Of a stretch of DNA of 64,000 nucleotides, positions 1-12,700 are shown in pieces. Position 1 is the stretch's first letter. Each line of letters starts with the position of its first letter. Where the stretch lies: NCBI GenBank assembly GCA_040954595.2, contig CM082591.2:3271957-3335956 (forward strand), written 5' to 3'. A program made the position numbers and the translations under genes. The notes below the pieces were generated by a model that worked only from the letters and a program-made list of their open reading frames with translations, did not search any database and had not been told where the DNA came from. This DNA is from Balanoglossus misakiensis (Eukaryota > Animalia > Hemichordata).

Positions 1-3000
1 GAAAACCTGTTGAAAAATCGACGATTTTTCGACTTGCGAATTTTCGAAATTTGGTCATTTTTTTGAAAAAACCATGGTTTTAGCTCAGGAAAAATGTTGA
101 AAAATCGACGATTTTTCGACTTTGCGAATTTTCGAATTTGGTCATTTTTTGGAAAAAACCATGGGTTATAGCTCAGAAAATGTTGAAAAATCGACGATTT
201 TTCGACTTTGCGAATTTCGAAATTTGGTCATTTTTGAAAAAACCATGGGTTATAGCTCAGGAAAATGTTGAAAAACGACGATTTTCGACTTTGCGAATTT
301 TCGAAATTTGGTCATTTTTGAAAAAACCATGGGTTATTAGCTCAGGAAAATGTTGAAAAATCGACGATTTTTCGACTTGCGAATTTTCGAAATTTGGGTC
401 ATTTTTTGAAAAACCATGGGTTATAGCTCAGGAAAATGTTGAAAATCGACGATTTTTCGACTTTGCGAATTTTCGAAATTTGGTCATTTTTTGAAAAAAC
501 CATGGGTTATAGCTCAGAAAATGTTGAAAAATCGACGATTTTTCGACTTTGCGAATTTTCGAAATTTGGTCATTTTTTGAAAAAACCATGGGTTATAGCT
601 CAGGAAAATGTTGAAAAATCGACGATTTTTCGACTTTGCGAATTTTCGAAATTTGGTCATTTTTTGAAAAAACCATGGGTTATAGCTCAGGAAAATGTTG
701 AAAAATCGACGATTTTTCGACTTTGCGAATTTTCGAAATTTGGTCATTTTTTGAAAAAACCATGGGTTATAGCTCAGGAAAATGTTGAAAAATCGACGAT
801 TTTTCGACTTTGCGAATTTTCGAAATTTGGTCATTTTTTGAAAAAACATGGGTTATAGCTCAGGAAAATGTTGAAAAATCGACGATTTTCGACTTTGCGA
901 ATTTTCGAAATTTGGTCATTTTTTGAAAAAACCATGGGTTATAGCTCAGGAAAATGTTGAAAAATCGACGATTTTTCGACTTTGCGAATTTTCGAAATTT
1001 GGTCATTTTTTGAAAAAAACCATGGGTTATAGCTCAGGAAAATGTTGAAAAATCGACGATTTTTCGACTTTGCGAATTTTCGAAATTTGGTCATTTTTTG
1101 AAAAAACCATGGGTTATAGCTCAGGAAAATGTTGAAAAATCGACGATTTTTCGACTTTGCGAATTTTCGAAATTTGGTCATTTTTTGAAAAAACCATGGG
1201 TTATAGCTCAGGAAAATGTTGAAAAATCGACGATTTTTCGACTTTGCGAATTTTCGAAATTTGGTCATTTTTTGAAAAAACCATGGGTTATAGCTCAGGA
1301 AAATGTTGAAAAATCGACGATTTTTCGACTTTGCGAATTTTCGAAATTTGGTCATTTTTGAAAAAACCATGGGTTATAGCTCAGGAAAATGTTGAAAAAT
1401 CGACGATTTTTCGACTTTGCGAATTTTCGAAATTTGGTCATTTTTTGAAAAAAACCATGGGTTATAGCTCAGGAAAATGTTGAAAAATCGACGATTTTTT
1501 CGACTTTGCGAATTTTCGAAATTTGGTCATTTTTTGAAAAAACCATGGGTTATAGCTCAGGAAATGTTGAAAAATCGACGATTTTTCGACTTTGCGAATT
1601 TTCGAAATTTGGTCATTTTTTGAAAAAACCATGGGTTATAGCTCAGGAAATGTTGAAAAATCGACGATTTTTCGACTTTGCGAATTTTCGAAATTTGGTC
1701 ATTTTTTGAAAAAACCATGGGTTATAGCTCAGGAAAATGTTGAAAAATCGACGATTTTTCGACTTTGCGAATTTTCGAAATTTGGTCATTTTTTGAAAAA
1801 ACCATGGGTTATAGCTCAGGAAAATGTTGAAAAATCGACGATTTTTCGACTTTGCGAATTTTCGAATTTGGTCATTTTTTGAAAAAACCATGGGTTATAG
1901 CTCAGGAAAATGTTGAAAAATCGACGATTTTTCGACTTTGCGAATTTTCGAAATTTGGTCATTTTTTGAAAAAACCATGGGTTATAGCTCAGGAAAATGT
2001 TGAAAAATCGACGATTTTTCGACTTTGCGAATTTTCGAAATTTGGTCATTTTTTGAAAAAACCATGGGTATAGCTCAGGAAAATGTTGAAAAATCGACGA
2101 TTTTTCGACTTTGCGAATTTTCGAAATTTGGTCATTTTTTGAAAAAACCATGGGTTATAGCTCAGGAAAATGTTGAAAAATCGACGATTTTTCGACTTTG
2201 CGAATTTTCGAAATTTGGTCATTTTTTGAAAAACCATGGGTTATAGCTCAGGAAAATGTTGAAAAATCGACGATTTTTCGACTTTGCGAATTTTCGAAAT
2301 TTGGTCATTTTTTGAAAAAACCATGGGTTATAGCTCAGGAAAATGTTGAAAAATCGACGATTTTTCGACTTTGCGAATTTTCGAAATTTGGTCATTTTTT
2401 GAAAAACCATGGGTTATAGCTCAGGAAAATGTTGAAAAATCGACGATTTTTCGACTTTGCGAATTTTCGAAATTTGGTCATTTTTTGAAAAAACCATGGG
2501 TTATAGCTCAGGAAAATGTTGAAAAATCGACGATTTTTCGACTTTGCGAATTTTCGAAATTTGGTCATTTTTTGAAAAAACCATGGGTTATAGCTCAGGA
2601 AAATGTTGAAAAATCGACGATTTTTCGACTTTGCGAATTTTCGAAATTTGGTCATTTTTTGAAAAAACCATGGGTTATAGCTCAGGAAAATGTTCGACTT
2701 TGCGAATTTTCGAAATTTGGTCATTTTTTGAAAAAACCATGGGTTATAGCTCAGGAAAATGTTGAAAAATCGACGATTTTTCGACTTTGCGAATTTTCGA
2801 AATTTGGTCATTTTTTGAAAAAACCATGGGTTATAGCTCAGGAAAATGTTGAAAAATCGACGATTTTTCGACTTTGCGAATTTTCGAAATTTGGTCATTT
2901 TTTGAAAAAACCATGGGTTATAGCTCAGGAAAATGTTGAAAAATCGACGATTTTTCGACTTTGCGAATTTTCGAATTTGGTCATTTTGTGAAAAAACCAT

Positions 3001-6000
3001 GGTTATAGCTCAGGAAAAGTGTTGAAAATAACATCTCGTGAGAGTTTCGACTTTGCGAATTTTCGAAATTTGGTCATTTTTTGAAAAAACCATGGGTTAT
3101 AGCTCAGGAAAATGTTGAAAAATCGACGATTTTTCGACTTTGCGAATTTTCGAAATTTGGTCATTTTTTGAAAAAACCATGGGTTATAGCTCAGGAAAAT
3201 GTTGAAAAATCGACGATTTTTCGACTTTGCGAATTTTCGAAATTTGGTCATTTTTTGAAAAAAACCATGGGTTATAGCTCAGGAAAATGTTGAAAAATCG
3301 ACGATTTTTCGACTTTGCGAATTTTCGAAATTTGGTCATTTTTTGAAAAAACCATGGGTTATAGCTCAGGAAAATGTTGAAAAATCGACGATTTTTCGAC
3401 TTTGCGAATTTTCGAAATTTGGTCATTTTTTGAAAAAACCATGGGTTATAGCTCAGGAAAATGTTGAAAAATCGACGATTTTTCGACTTTGCGAATTTTC
3501 GAAATTTGGTCATTTTTTGAAAAACCATGGGTTATAGCTCAGGAAAATGTTGAAAAATCGACGATTTTTCGACTTTGCGAATTTTCGAAATTTGGTCATT
3601 TTTTGAAAAAACCATGGGTTATAGCTCAGGAAAATGTTGAAAAATCGACGATTTTTCGACTTTGCGAATTTTCGAAATTTGGTCATTTTTTGAAAAAACC
3701 ATGGGTTATAGCTCAGGAAAATGTTGAAAAATCGACGATTTTTCGACTTTGCGAATTTTCGAAATTTGGTCATTTTTTGAAAAAACCATGGGTTATAGCT
3801 CAGGAAAATGTTGAAAAATCGACGATTTTTCGACTTTGCGAATTTTCGAAATTTGGTCATTTTTTGAAAAAACCATGGGTTATAGCTCAGGAAAATGTTG
3901 AAAAATCGACGATTTTTCGACTTTGCGAATTTTCGAAATTTGGTCATTTTTTGAAAAAACCATGGGTTATAGCTCAGGAAAATGTTGAAAAATCGACGAT
4001 TTTTCGACTTTGCGAATTTTCGAAATTTGGTCATTTTTTGAAAAAACCATGGGTTATAGCTCAGGAAAATGTTGAAAAATCGACGATTTTTCGACTTTGC
4101 GAATTTTCGAAATTTGGTCATTTTTTGAAAAAACCATGGGTTATAGCTCAGGAAAATGTTGAAAAATCGACGATTTTTCGACTTTGCGAATTTTCGAAAT
4201 TTGGTCATTTTTTGAAAAAACCATGGGTTATAGCTCAGGAAAATGTTGAAAAATCGACGATTTTTCGACTTTGCGAATTTTCGAAATTTGGTCATTTTTT
4301 GAAAAAACCATGGGTTATAGCTCAGGAAAATGTTGAAAAATCGACGATTTTTCGACTTTGCGAATTTTCGAAATTTGGTCATTTTTTGAAAAAACCATGG
4401 GTTATAGCTCAGGAAAATGTTGAAAAATCGACGATTTTTCGACTTTGCGAATTTTCGAAATTTGGTCATTTTTTGAAAAAACCATGGGTTATAGCTCAGG
4501 AAAATGTTGAAAAATCGACGATTTTTCGACTTTGCGAATTTTCGAAATTTGGTCATTTTTTGAAAAAACCATGGGTTATAGCTCAGGAAAATGTTGAAAA
4601 ATCGACGATTTTTCGACTTTGCGAATTTTCGAAATTTGGTCATTTTTTGAAAAAACCATGGGTTATAGCTCAGGAAAATGTTGAAAAATCGACGATTTTT
4701 CGACTTTGCGAATTTTCGAAATTTGGTCATTTTTTGAAAAAACCATGGGTTATAGCTCAGGAAAATGTTGAAAAATCGACGATTTTTCGACTTTGCGAAT
4801 TTTCGAAATTTGGTCATTTTTTGAAAAAACCATGGGTTATAGCTCAGGAAAATGTTGAAAAATCGACGATTTTTCGACTTTGCGAATTTTCGAAATTTGG
4901 TCATTTTTTGAAAAAACCATGGGTTATAGCTCAGGAAAATGTTGAAAAATCGACGATTTTTCGACTTTGCGAATTTTCGAAATTTGGTCATTTTTTGAAA
5001 AAACCATGGGTTATAGCTCAGGAAAATGTTGAAAAATCGACGATTTTTCGACTTTGCGAATTTTCGAAATTTGGTCATTTTTTGAAAAAACCATGGGTTA
5101 TAGCTCAGGAAAATGTTGAAAAATCGACGATTTTTCGACTTTGCGAATTTTCGAAATTTGGTCATTTTTTGAAAAAACCATGGGTTATAGCTCAGGAAAA
5201 TGTTGAAAAATCGACGATTTTTCGACTTTGCGAATTTTCGAAATTTGGTCATTTTTTGAAAAAACCATGGGTTATAGCTCAGGAAAATGTTGAAAAATCG
5301 ACGATTTTTCGACTTTGCGAATTTTCGAAATTTGGTCATTTTTTGAAAAAACCATGGGTTATAGCTCAGGAAAATGTTGAAAAATCGACGATTTTTCGAC
5401 TTTGCGAATTTTCGAAATTTGGTCATTTTTTGAAAAAACCATGGGTTATAGCTCAGGAAAATGTTGAAAAATCGACGATTTTTCGACTTTGCGAATTTTC
5501 GAAATTTGGTCATTTTTTGAAAAAACCATGGGTTATAGCTCAGGAAAATGTTGAAAAATCGACGATTTTTCGACTTTGCGAATTTTCGAAATTTGGTCAT
5601 TTTTTGAAAAAACCATGGGTTATAGCTCAGGAAAATGTTGAAAAATCGACGATTTTTCGACTTTGCGAATTTTCGAAATTTGGTCATTTTTTGAAAAAAC
5701 CATGGGTTATAGCTCAGGAAAATGTTGAAAAATCGACGATTTTTCGACTTTGCGAATTTTCGAAATTTGGTCATTTTTTGAAAAAACCATGGGTTATAGC
5801 TCAGGAAAATGTTGAAAAATCGACGATTTTTCGACTTTGCGAATTTTCGAAATTTGGTCATTTTTTGAAAAAACCATGGGTTATAGCTCAGGAAAATGTT
5901 GAAAAATCGACGATTTTTCGACTTTGCGAATTTTCGAAATTTGGTCATTTTTTGAAAAAACCATGGGTTATAGCTCAGGAAAATGTTGAAAAATCGACGA

Positions 6001-9000
6001 TTTTTCGACTTTGCGAATTTTCGAAATTTGGTCATTTTTTGAAAAAACCATGGGTTATAGCTCAGGAAAATGTTGAAAAATCGACGATTTTTCGACTTTG
6101 CGAATTTTCGAAATTTGGTCATTTTTTGAAAAAACCATGGGTTATAGCTCAGGAAAATGTTGAAAAATCGACGATTTTTCGACTTTGCGAATTTTCGAAA
6201 TTTGGTCATTTTTTGAAAAAACCATGGGTTATAGCTCAGGAAAATGTTGAAAAATCGACGATTTTTCGACTTTGCGAATTTTCGAAATTTGGTCATTTTT
6301 TGAAAAAACCATGGGTTATAGCTCAGGAAAATGTTGAAAAATCGACGATTTTTCGACTTTGCGAATTTTCGAAATTTGGTCATTTTTTGAAAAAACCATG
6401 GGTTGTAGCTCAGGAAAATGTTGAAAAATCGACGATTTTTCGACTTTGCGAATTTTCGAAATTTGGTCATTTTTTGAAAAAACCATGGGTTGTAGCTCAG
6501 GAAAATGTTGAAAAATCGACGATTTTTCGACTTTGCGAATTTTCGAAATTTGGTCATTTTTTGAAAAAACCATGGGTTATAGCTCAGGAAAATGTTGAAA
6601 AATCGACGATTTTTCGACTTTGCGAATTTTCGAAATTTGGTCATTTTTTGAAAAAACCATGGGTTATAGCTCAGGAAAATGTTGAAAAATCGACGATTTT
6701 TCGACTTTGCGAATTTTCGAAATTTGGTCATTTTTTGAAAAAAACCATGGGTTATATAGCTCAGGAAAATGTTGAAAAATCGACGATTTTTCGACTTTGC
6801 GAATTTTCGAAATTTGGTCATTTTTTGAAAAAACCATGGGTTATAGCTCAGGAAAATGTTGAAAAATCGACGATTTTTCGACTTTGCGAATTTTCGAAAT
6901 TTGGTCATTTTTTGAAAAAACCATGGGTCTATCAGGAAAATGTTGAAAAATCGACGATTTTTCGACTTTGCGAATTTTCGAAATTTGGTCATTTTTTGAA
7001 AAAAACCATGGGTTATAGCTCAGGAAAATGTTGAAAAATCGACGATTTTTCGACTTTGCGAATTTTCGAAATTTGGTCATTTTTTGAAAAAACCATGGGT
7101 TATAGCTCAGGAAAATGTTGAAAAATCGACGATTTTTCGACTTTGCGAATTTTCGAAATTTGGTCATTTTTTGAAAAAACCATGGGTTATAGCTCAGGAA
7201 AATGTTGAAAAATCGACGATTTTTCGACTTTGCGAATTTTCGAAATTTGGTCATTTTTTGAAAAAACCATGGGTTATAGCTCAGGAAAATGTTGAAAAAT
7301 CGACGATTTTTCGACTTTGCGAATTTTCGAAATTTGGTCATTTTTTGAAAAAACCATGGGTTATAGCTCAGGAAAATGTTGAAAAATCGACGATTTTTCG
7401 ACTTTGCGAATTTTCGAAATTTGGTCATTTTTTGAAAAAACCATGGGTTATAGCTCAGGAAAATGTTGAAAAATCGACGATTTTTCGACTTTGCGAATTT
7501 TCGAAATTTGGTCATTTTTTGAAAAAACCATGGGTTATAGCTCAGGAAAATGTTGAAAAATCGACGATTTTTCGACTTTGCGAATTTTCGAAATTTGGTC
7601 ATTTTTTGAAAAAACCATGGGTTATAGCTCAGGAAAATGTTGAAAAATCGACGATTTTTCGACTTTGCGAATTTTCGAAATTTGGTCATTTTTTGAAAAA
7701 ACCATGGGTTATAGCTCAGGAAAATGTTGAAAAATCGACGATTTTTCGACTTTGCGAATTTTCGAAATTTGGTCATTTTTTGAAAAAACCATGGGTTATA
7801 GCTCAGGAAAATGTTGAAAAATCGACGATTTTTCGACTTTGCGAATTTTCGAAATTTGGTCATTTTTTGAAAAAACCATGGGTTATAGCTCAGGAAAATG
7901 TTGAAAAATCGACGATTTTTCGACTTTGCGAATTTTCGAAATTTGGTCATTTTTTGAAAAAACCATGGGTTATAGCTCAGGAAAATGTTGAAAAATCGAC
8001 GATTTTTCGACATTGCGAATTTTCGAAATTTGGTCATTTTTTGAAAAAACCATGGGTTATAGCTCAGGAAAATGTTGAAAAATCGACGATTTTTCGACTT
8101 TGCGAATTTTCGAAATTTGGTCATTTTTTTGAAAAAACCATGGGTTATAGCTCAGGAAAATGTTGAAAAATCGACGATTTTTCGACTTTGCGAATTTTCG
8201 AAATTTGGTCATTTTTTGAAAAAACCATGGGTTATAGCTCAGGAAAATGTTGAAAAATCGACGATTTTTCGACTTTGCGAATTTTCGAAATTTGGTCATT
8301 TTTTGAAAAAAACATGGAAAATGTTGAAAAATGGACGATTTTTCGACTTTGCGAATTTTCGAAATTTGGTCATTTTTTGAAAAAACCATGGGTTATAGCT
8401 CAGGAAAATGTTGAAAAATCGACGATTTTTCGACTTTGCGAATTTTCGAAATTTGGTCATTTTTTGAAAAAATCATGGGTTATAGCTCAGGAAAATGTTG
8501 AAAAATCGACGATTTTTCGACTTTGCGAATTTTCGAAATTTGGTCATTTTTTGAAAAAACCATGGGTTATAGCTCAGGAAAATGTTGAAAAATCGACGAT
8601 TTTTCGACTTTGCGAATTTTCGAAATTTGGTCATTTTTTGAAAAAACCATGGGTTATAGCTCAGGAAAATGTTGAAAAATCGACGATTTTTCGACATTGC
8701 GAATTTTCGAAATTTGGTCATTTTTTGAAAAAACCATGGGTTATAGCTCAGGAAAATGTTGAAAAATCGACGATTTTTCGACTTTGCGAATTTTCGAAAT
8801 TTGGTCATTTTTTTGAAAAAACCATGGGTTATAGCTCAGGAAAATGTTGAAAAATCGACGATTTTTCGACTTTGCGAATTTTCGAAATTTGGTCATTTTT
8901 TGAAAAAACCATGGGTTATAGCTCAGGAAAATGTTGAAAAATCGACGATTTTTCGACTTTGCGAATTTTCGAAATTTGGTCATTTTTTGAAAAAAACATG

Positions 9001-9780
9001 GAAAATGTTGAAAAATGGACGATTTTTCGACTTTGCGAATTTTCGAAATTTGGTCATTTTTTGAAAAAACCATGGGTTATAGCTCAGGAAAATGTTGAAA
9101 AATCGACGATTTTTCGACTTTGCGAATTTTCGAAATTTGGTCATTTTTTGAAAAAATCATGGGTTATAGCTCAGGAAAATGTTGAAAAATCGACGATTTT
9201 TCGACTTTGCGAATTTTCGAAATTTGGTCATTTTTTGAAAAAACCATGGGTTATAGCTCAGGAAAATGTTGAAAAATCGACGATTTTTCGACTTTGCGAA
9301 TTTTCGAAATTTGGTCATTTTTTGAAAAAACCATGGGTTATAGCTCAGGAAAATGTTGAAAAATCGACGATTTTTCGACTTTGCGAATTTTCGAAATTTG
9401 GTCATTTTTTGAAAAAACCATGGGTTATAGCTCAGGAAAATGTTGAAAAATCGACGATTTTTCGACATTGCGAATTTTCGAAATTTGGTCATTTTTTGAA
9501 AAAACCATGGGTTATAGCTCAGGAAAATGTTGAAAAATCGACGATTTTTCGACTTTGCGAATTTTCGAAATTTGGTCATTTTTTGAAAAAACCATGGGTT
9601 ATAGCTCAGGAAAATGTTGAAAAATCGACGATTTTTCGACTTTGCGAATTTTCGAAATTTGGTCATTTTTTGAAAAAACCATGGGTTATAGCTCAGGAAA
9701 ATGTTGAAAAATCGACGATTTTTCGACTTTGCGAATTTTCGAAATTTGGTCATTTTTTAAAAAAACCATGGGTTATAGCT
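1..9780. repeat. Satellite array, monomer type A (87 bp, ~112 copies)
   Basis: Consensus CATGGGTTATAGCTCAGGAAAATGTTGAAAAATCGACGATTTTTCGACTTTGCGAATTTTCGAAATTTGGTCATTTTTTGAAAAAAC repeats head-to-tail. It is essentially invariant over ~3530-6400. Homopolymer indels are frequent in the first ~3.5 kb. Confidence 0.98.
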
Positions 9781-12700
9781 CATGAAAATCATCCAGAAAT
9801 GTCAATTTATCGATTTTGCGAAATTTCAAAATTTGGTGGTTTTTCGACAAAAACCATGGGTTATAGCTCATGAAAATCATCCAGAAATGTCAATTTTTCG
9901 ACTTCGCGAAAATTCAAAATTTGGTGGTTTTTCGACAAAAACCATGGGTTATAGCTCATGAAAATCATCCAGAAATGTCAATTTTTCGACTTCGCGAAAT
10001 TTCAAAATTTGGTGGTTTTTCGACAAAAACCATGGGTTATAGCTCATGAAAATCACCCAGAAATGTCAATTTTTTCACTTCGCGAAATTTCAAAATTTGG
10101 TGGTTTTTCGACAAAAACCATGGGTTATAGCTCATGAAAATCACCCAAAAATGTCAATTTTTCGACTTAGCGAAATTTCAAAATTTGGTGGTTTTTCGAC
10201 AAAAACCATGGGTTATAGCTCATGAAAATCTCCCAGAAATGTCAATTTTTCGACTTCGCGAAATTTCAAAATTTGGTGGTTTTTCGACAAAAACCTATGG
10301 GTTATAGCTCATGAAAATCATGCAGAAATGTCAATTTTTCGACTTCGCGAAATTTCAAAATTTGGTGGTTTTTCGACAAAAACCATGGGTTATAGCTCAT
10401 GAAAATCGCCCAGAAATGTCAATTTTTCGACTTCGCGAAATTTCAAAATTTGGTGGTTTTTCGACAAAAACCATGGGTTATAGCTCATGAAAATCACCCA
10501 GAAATGTCAATTTTTCGACTTCGCGAAATTTCAAAATTTGGTGGTTTTTCGACAAAAACCATGGGTTATAGCTCATGAAAATCATGCAGAAATGTCAATT
10601 TTTCGACTTCGCGAAATTTCAAAATTTGGTGGTTTTTCGACAAAAACCATAGGTTATAGCTCATGAAAATCACCCAGAAATGTCAATTTTTCGACTTCGC
10701 GAAATTTCAAAATTTGGTGGTTTTTCGACAAAAACCATGGGTTATAGCTCATGAAAATCACCCAGAAATGTCAATTTTTCGACTTCGCGAAATTTCAAAA
10801 TTTGGTGGTTTTTCGACAAAAACCATGGGTTATAGCTCATGAAAATCATCCAGAAATGTCAATTTTTCGACTTCGCGAAATTTCAAAATTTGGTGGTTTT
10901 TCGACAAAAACCATGGGTTATAGCTCATGAAAATCACCCAGAAATGTCAATTTTTCGACTTCGCGAAATTTCAAAATTTGGTGGTTTTTCGACAAAAACC
11001 ATGGGTTATAGCTCATGAAAATCACCCAGAAATGTCAATTTTTTCGACTTCGCGAAATTTCAAAATTTGGTGGTTTTTCGACAAAAACCATGGGTTATAG
11101 CTCATGAAAATCATCCAGAAATGTCAATTTTTCGACTTCGCGAAATTTCAAAATTTGGTGGTTTTTCGACAAAAACCATGGGTAATAGCTCATGAAAATC
11201 ACCCAGAAATGTCAATTTTTCGACTTCGCGAAATTTCAAAATTTGGTGTTTTTTCGACAAAAACCATGGGTTATAGCTCATGAAAATCATCCAGAAATGT
11301 CAATTTTTCGACTTCGCGAAATTTCAAAATTTGGTGGTTTTTCGACAAAAACCATGGGTTATAGCTCATGAAAATCATCCAGATATGTCAATTTTTCGAC
11401 TTCGCGAAATTTCAAAATTTGGTGGTTTTTCGACAAAAACCATGGGTTATAGCTCATTAAAATCACCCAGAAATGTCAATTTTTCGACTTCGCGAAATTT
11501 CAAAATTTGGTGGTTTTTCGACAAAAACCATGGGTTATAGCTCATGAAAATCATCCAGAAATGTCAATTTTTCGACTTCGCGAAATTTCAAAATTTGGTG
11601 GTTTTTCGACAAAAACCATGGGTTATAGCTCATGAAAATCACCCAGAAATGTCAATTTTTCGACTTCTCGAAATTTCAAAATTTGGTGGTTTTTCGACAA
11701 AAACCATGGGTTATAGCTCATGAAAATCATCCAGAAATGTCAATTTTTCGACTTCGCGAAATTTCAAAATTTGGTGGTTTTTCGACAAAAACCATGGGTT
11801 ATAGCTCATGAAAATCATCCAGAAATGTCAATTTTTCGACTTCGCCAAATTTCAAAATTTGGTGGTTTTTCGACAAAAACCATGGGTTATAGCTCATGAA
11901 AATCATCCAGAAATGTCAATTTTTCGACTTCGCGAAATTTCAAAATTTGGTGGTTTTTCGACAAAAACCATGGGTTATAGCTCATGAAAATCATCCAGAA
12001 ATGTCAATTTTTCGACTTCGCGAAATTTCAAAATTTGGTGGTTTTTCGACAAAAACCATGGGTTATAGCTCATGAAAATCATCCAGAAATGTCAATTTTT
12101 CGACTTCGCGAAATTTCAAAATTTGGTGGTTTTTCGACAAAAACCATGGGTTATAGCTCATGAAAATCATCCAGAAATGTCAATTTTTCGACTTCGCGAA
12201 ATTTCAAAATTTGGTGGTTTTTCGAAAAAAACCATGGGTTATAGCTCATGAAAATCATCCAGAAATGTCAATTTTTCGACTTCGCGAAATTTCAAAATTT
12301 GGTGGTTTTTCGACAAAAACCATGGGTTATAGCTCATGAAAATCATCCAGAAATGCCAATTTTTCGACTTCGCGAAATTTCAAAATTTGGTGGTTTTTCG
12401 ACAAAAACCATGGGTTATAGCTCATGAAAATCACCCAGAAATGTCAATTTTTCGACTTCGCGAAATTTCAAAATTTGGTGGTTTTTCGACAAAAACCATG
12501 GGTTATAGCTCATGAAAATCATCCAGAAATGTCAATTTTTCGACTTCGCGAAATTTCAAAATTTGGTGGTTTTTCGACAAAAACCATGGGTTATAGCTCA
12601 TGAAAATCATCCAGAAATGTCAATTTTTCGACTTCGCGAAATTTCAAAATTTGGTGGTTTTTCGACAAAAACCATGGGTTATAGCTCATGAAAATCATCC

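Noticed and set aside
1-3530. Diverged outer satellite layer, including odd sequence at ~3017-3045
   Set aside because: Differences are almost all non-recurrent homopolymer-length indels that increase toward base 1, typical of low-coverage long-read consensus at a contig end.
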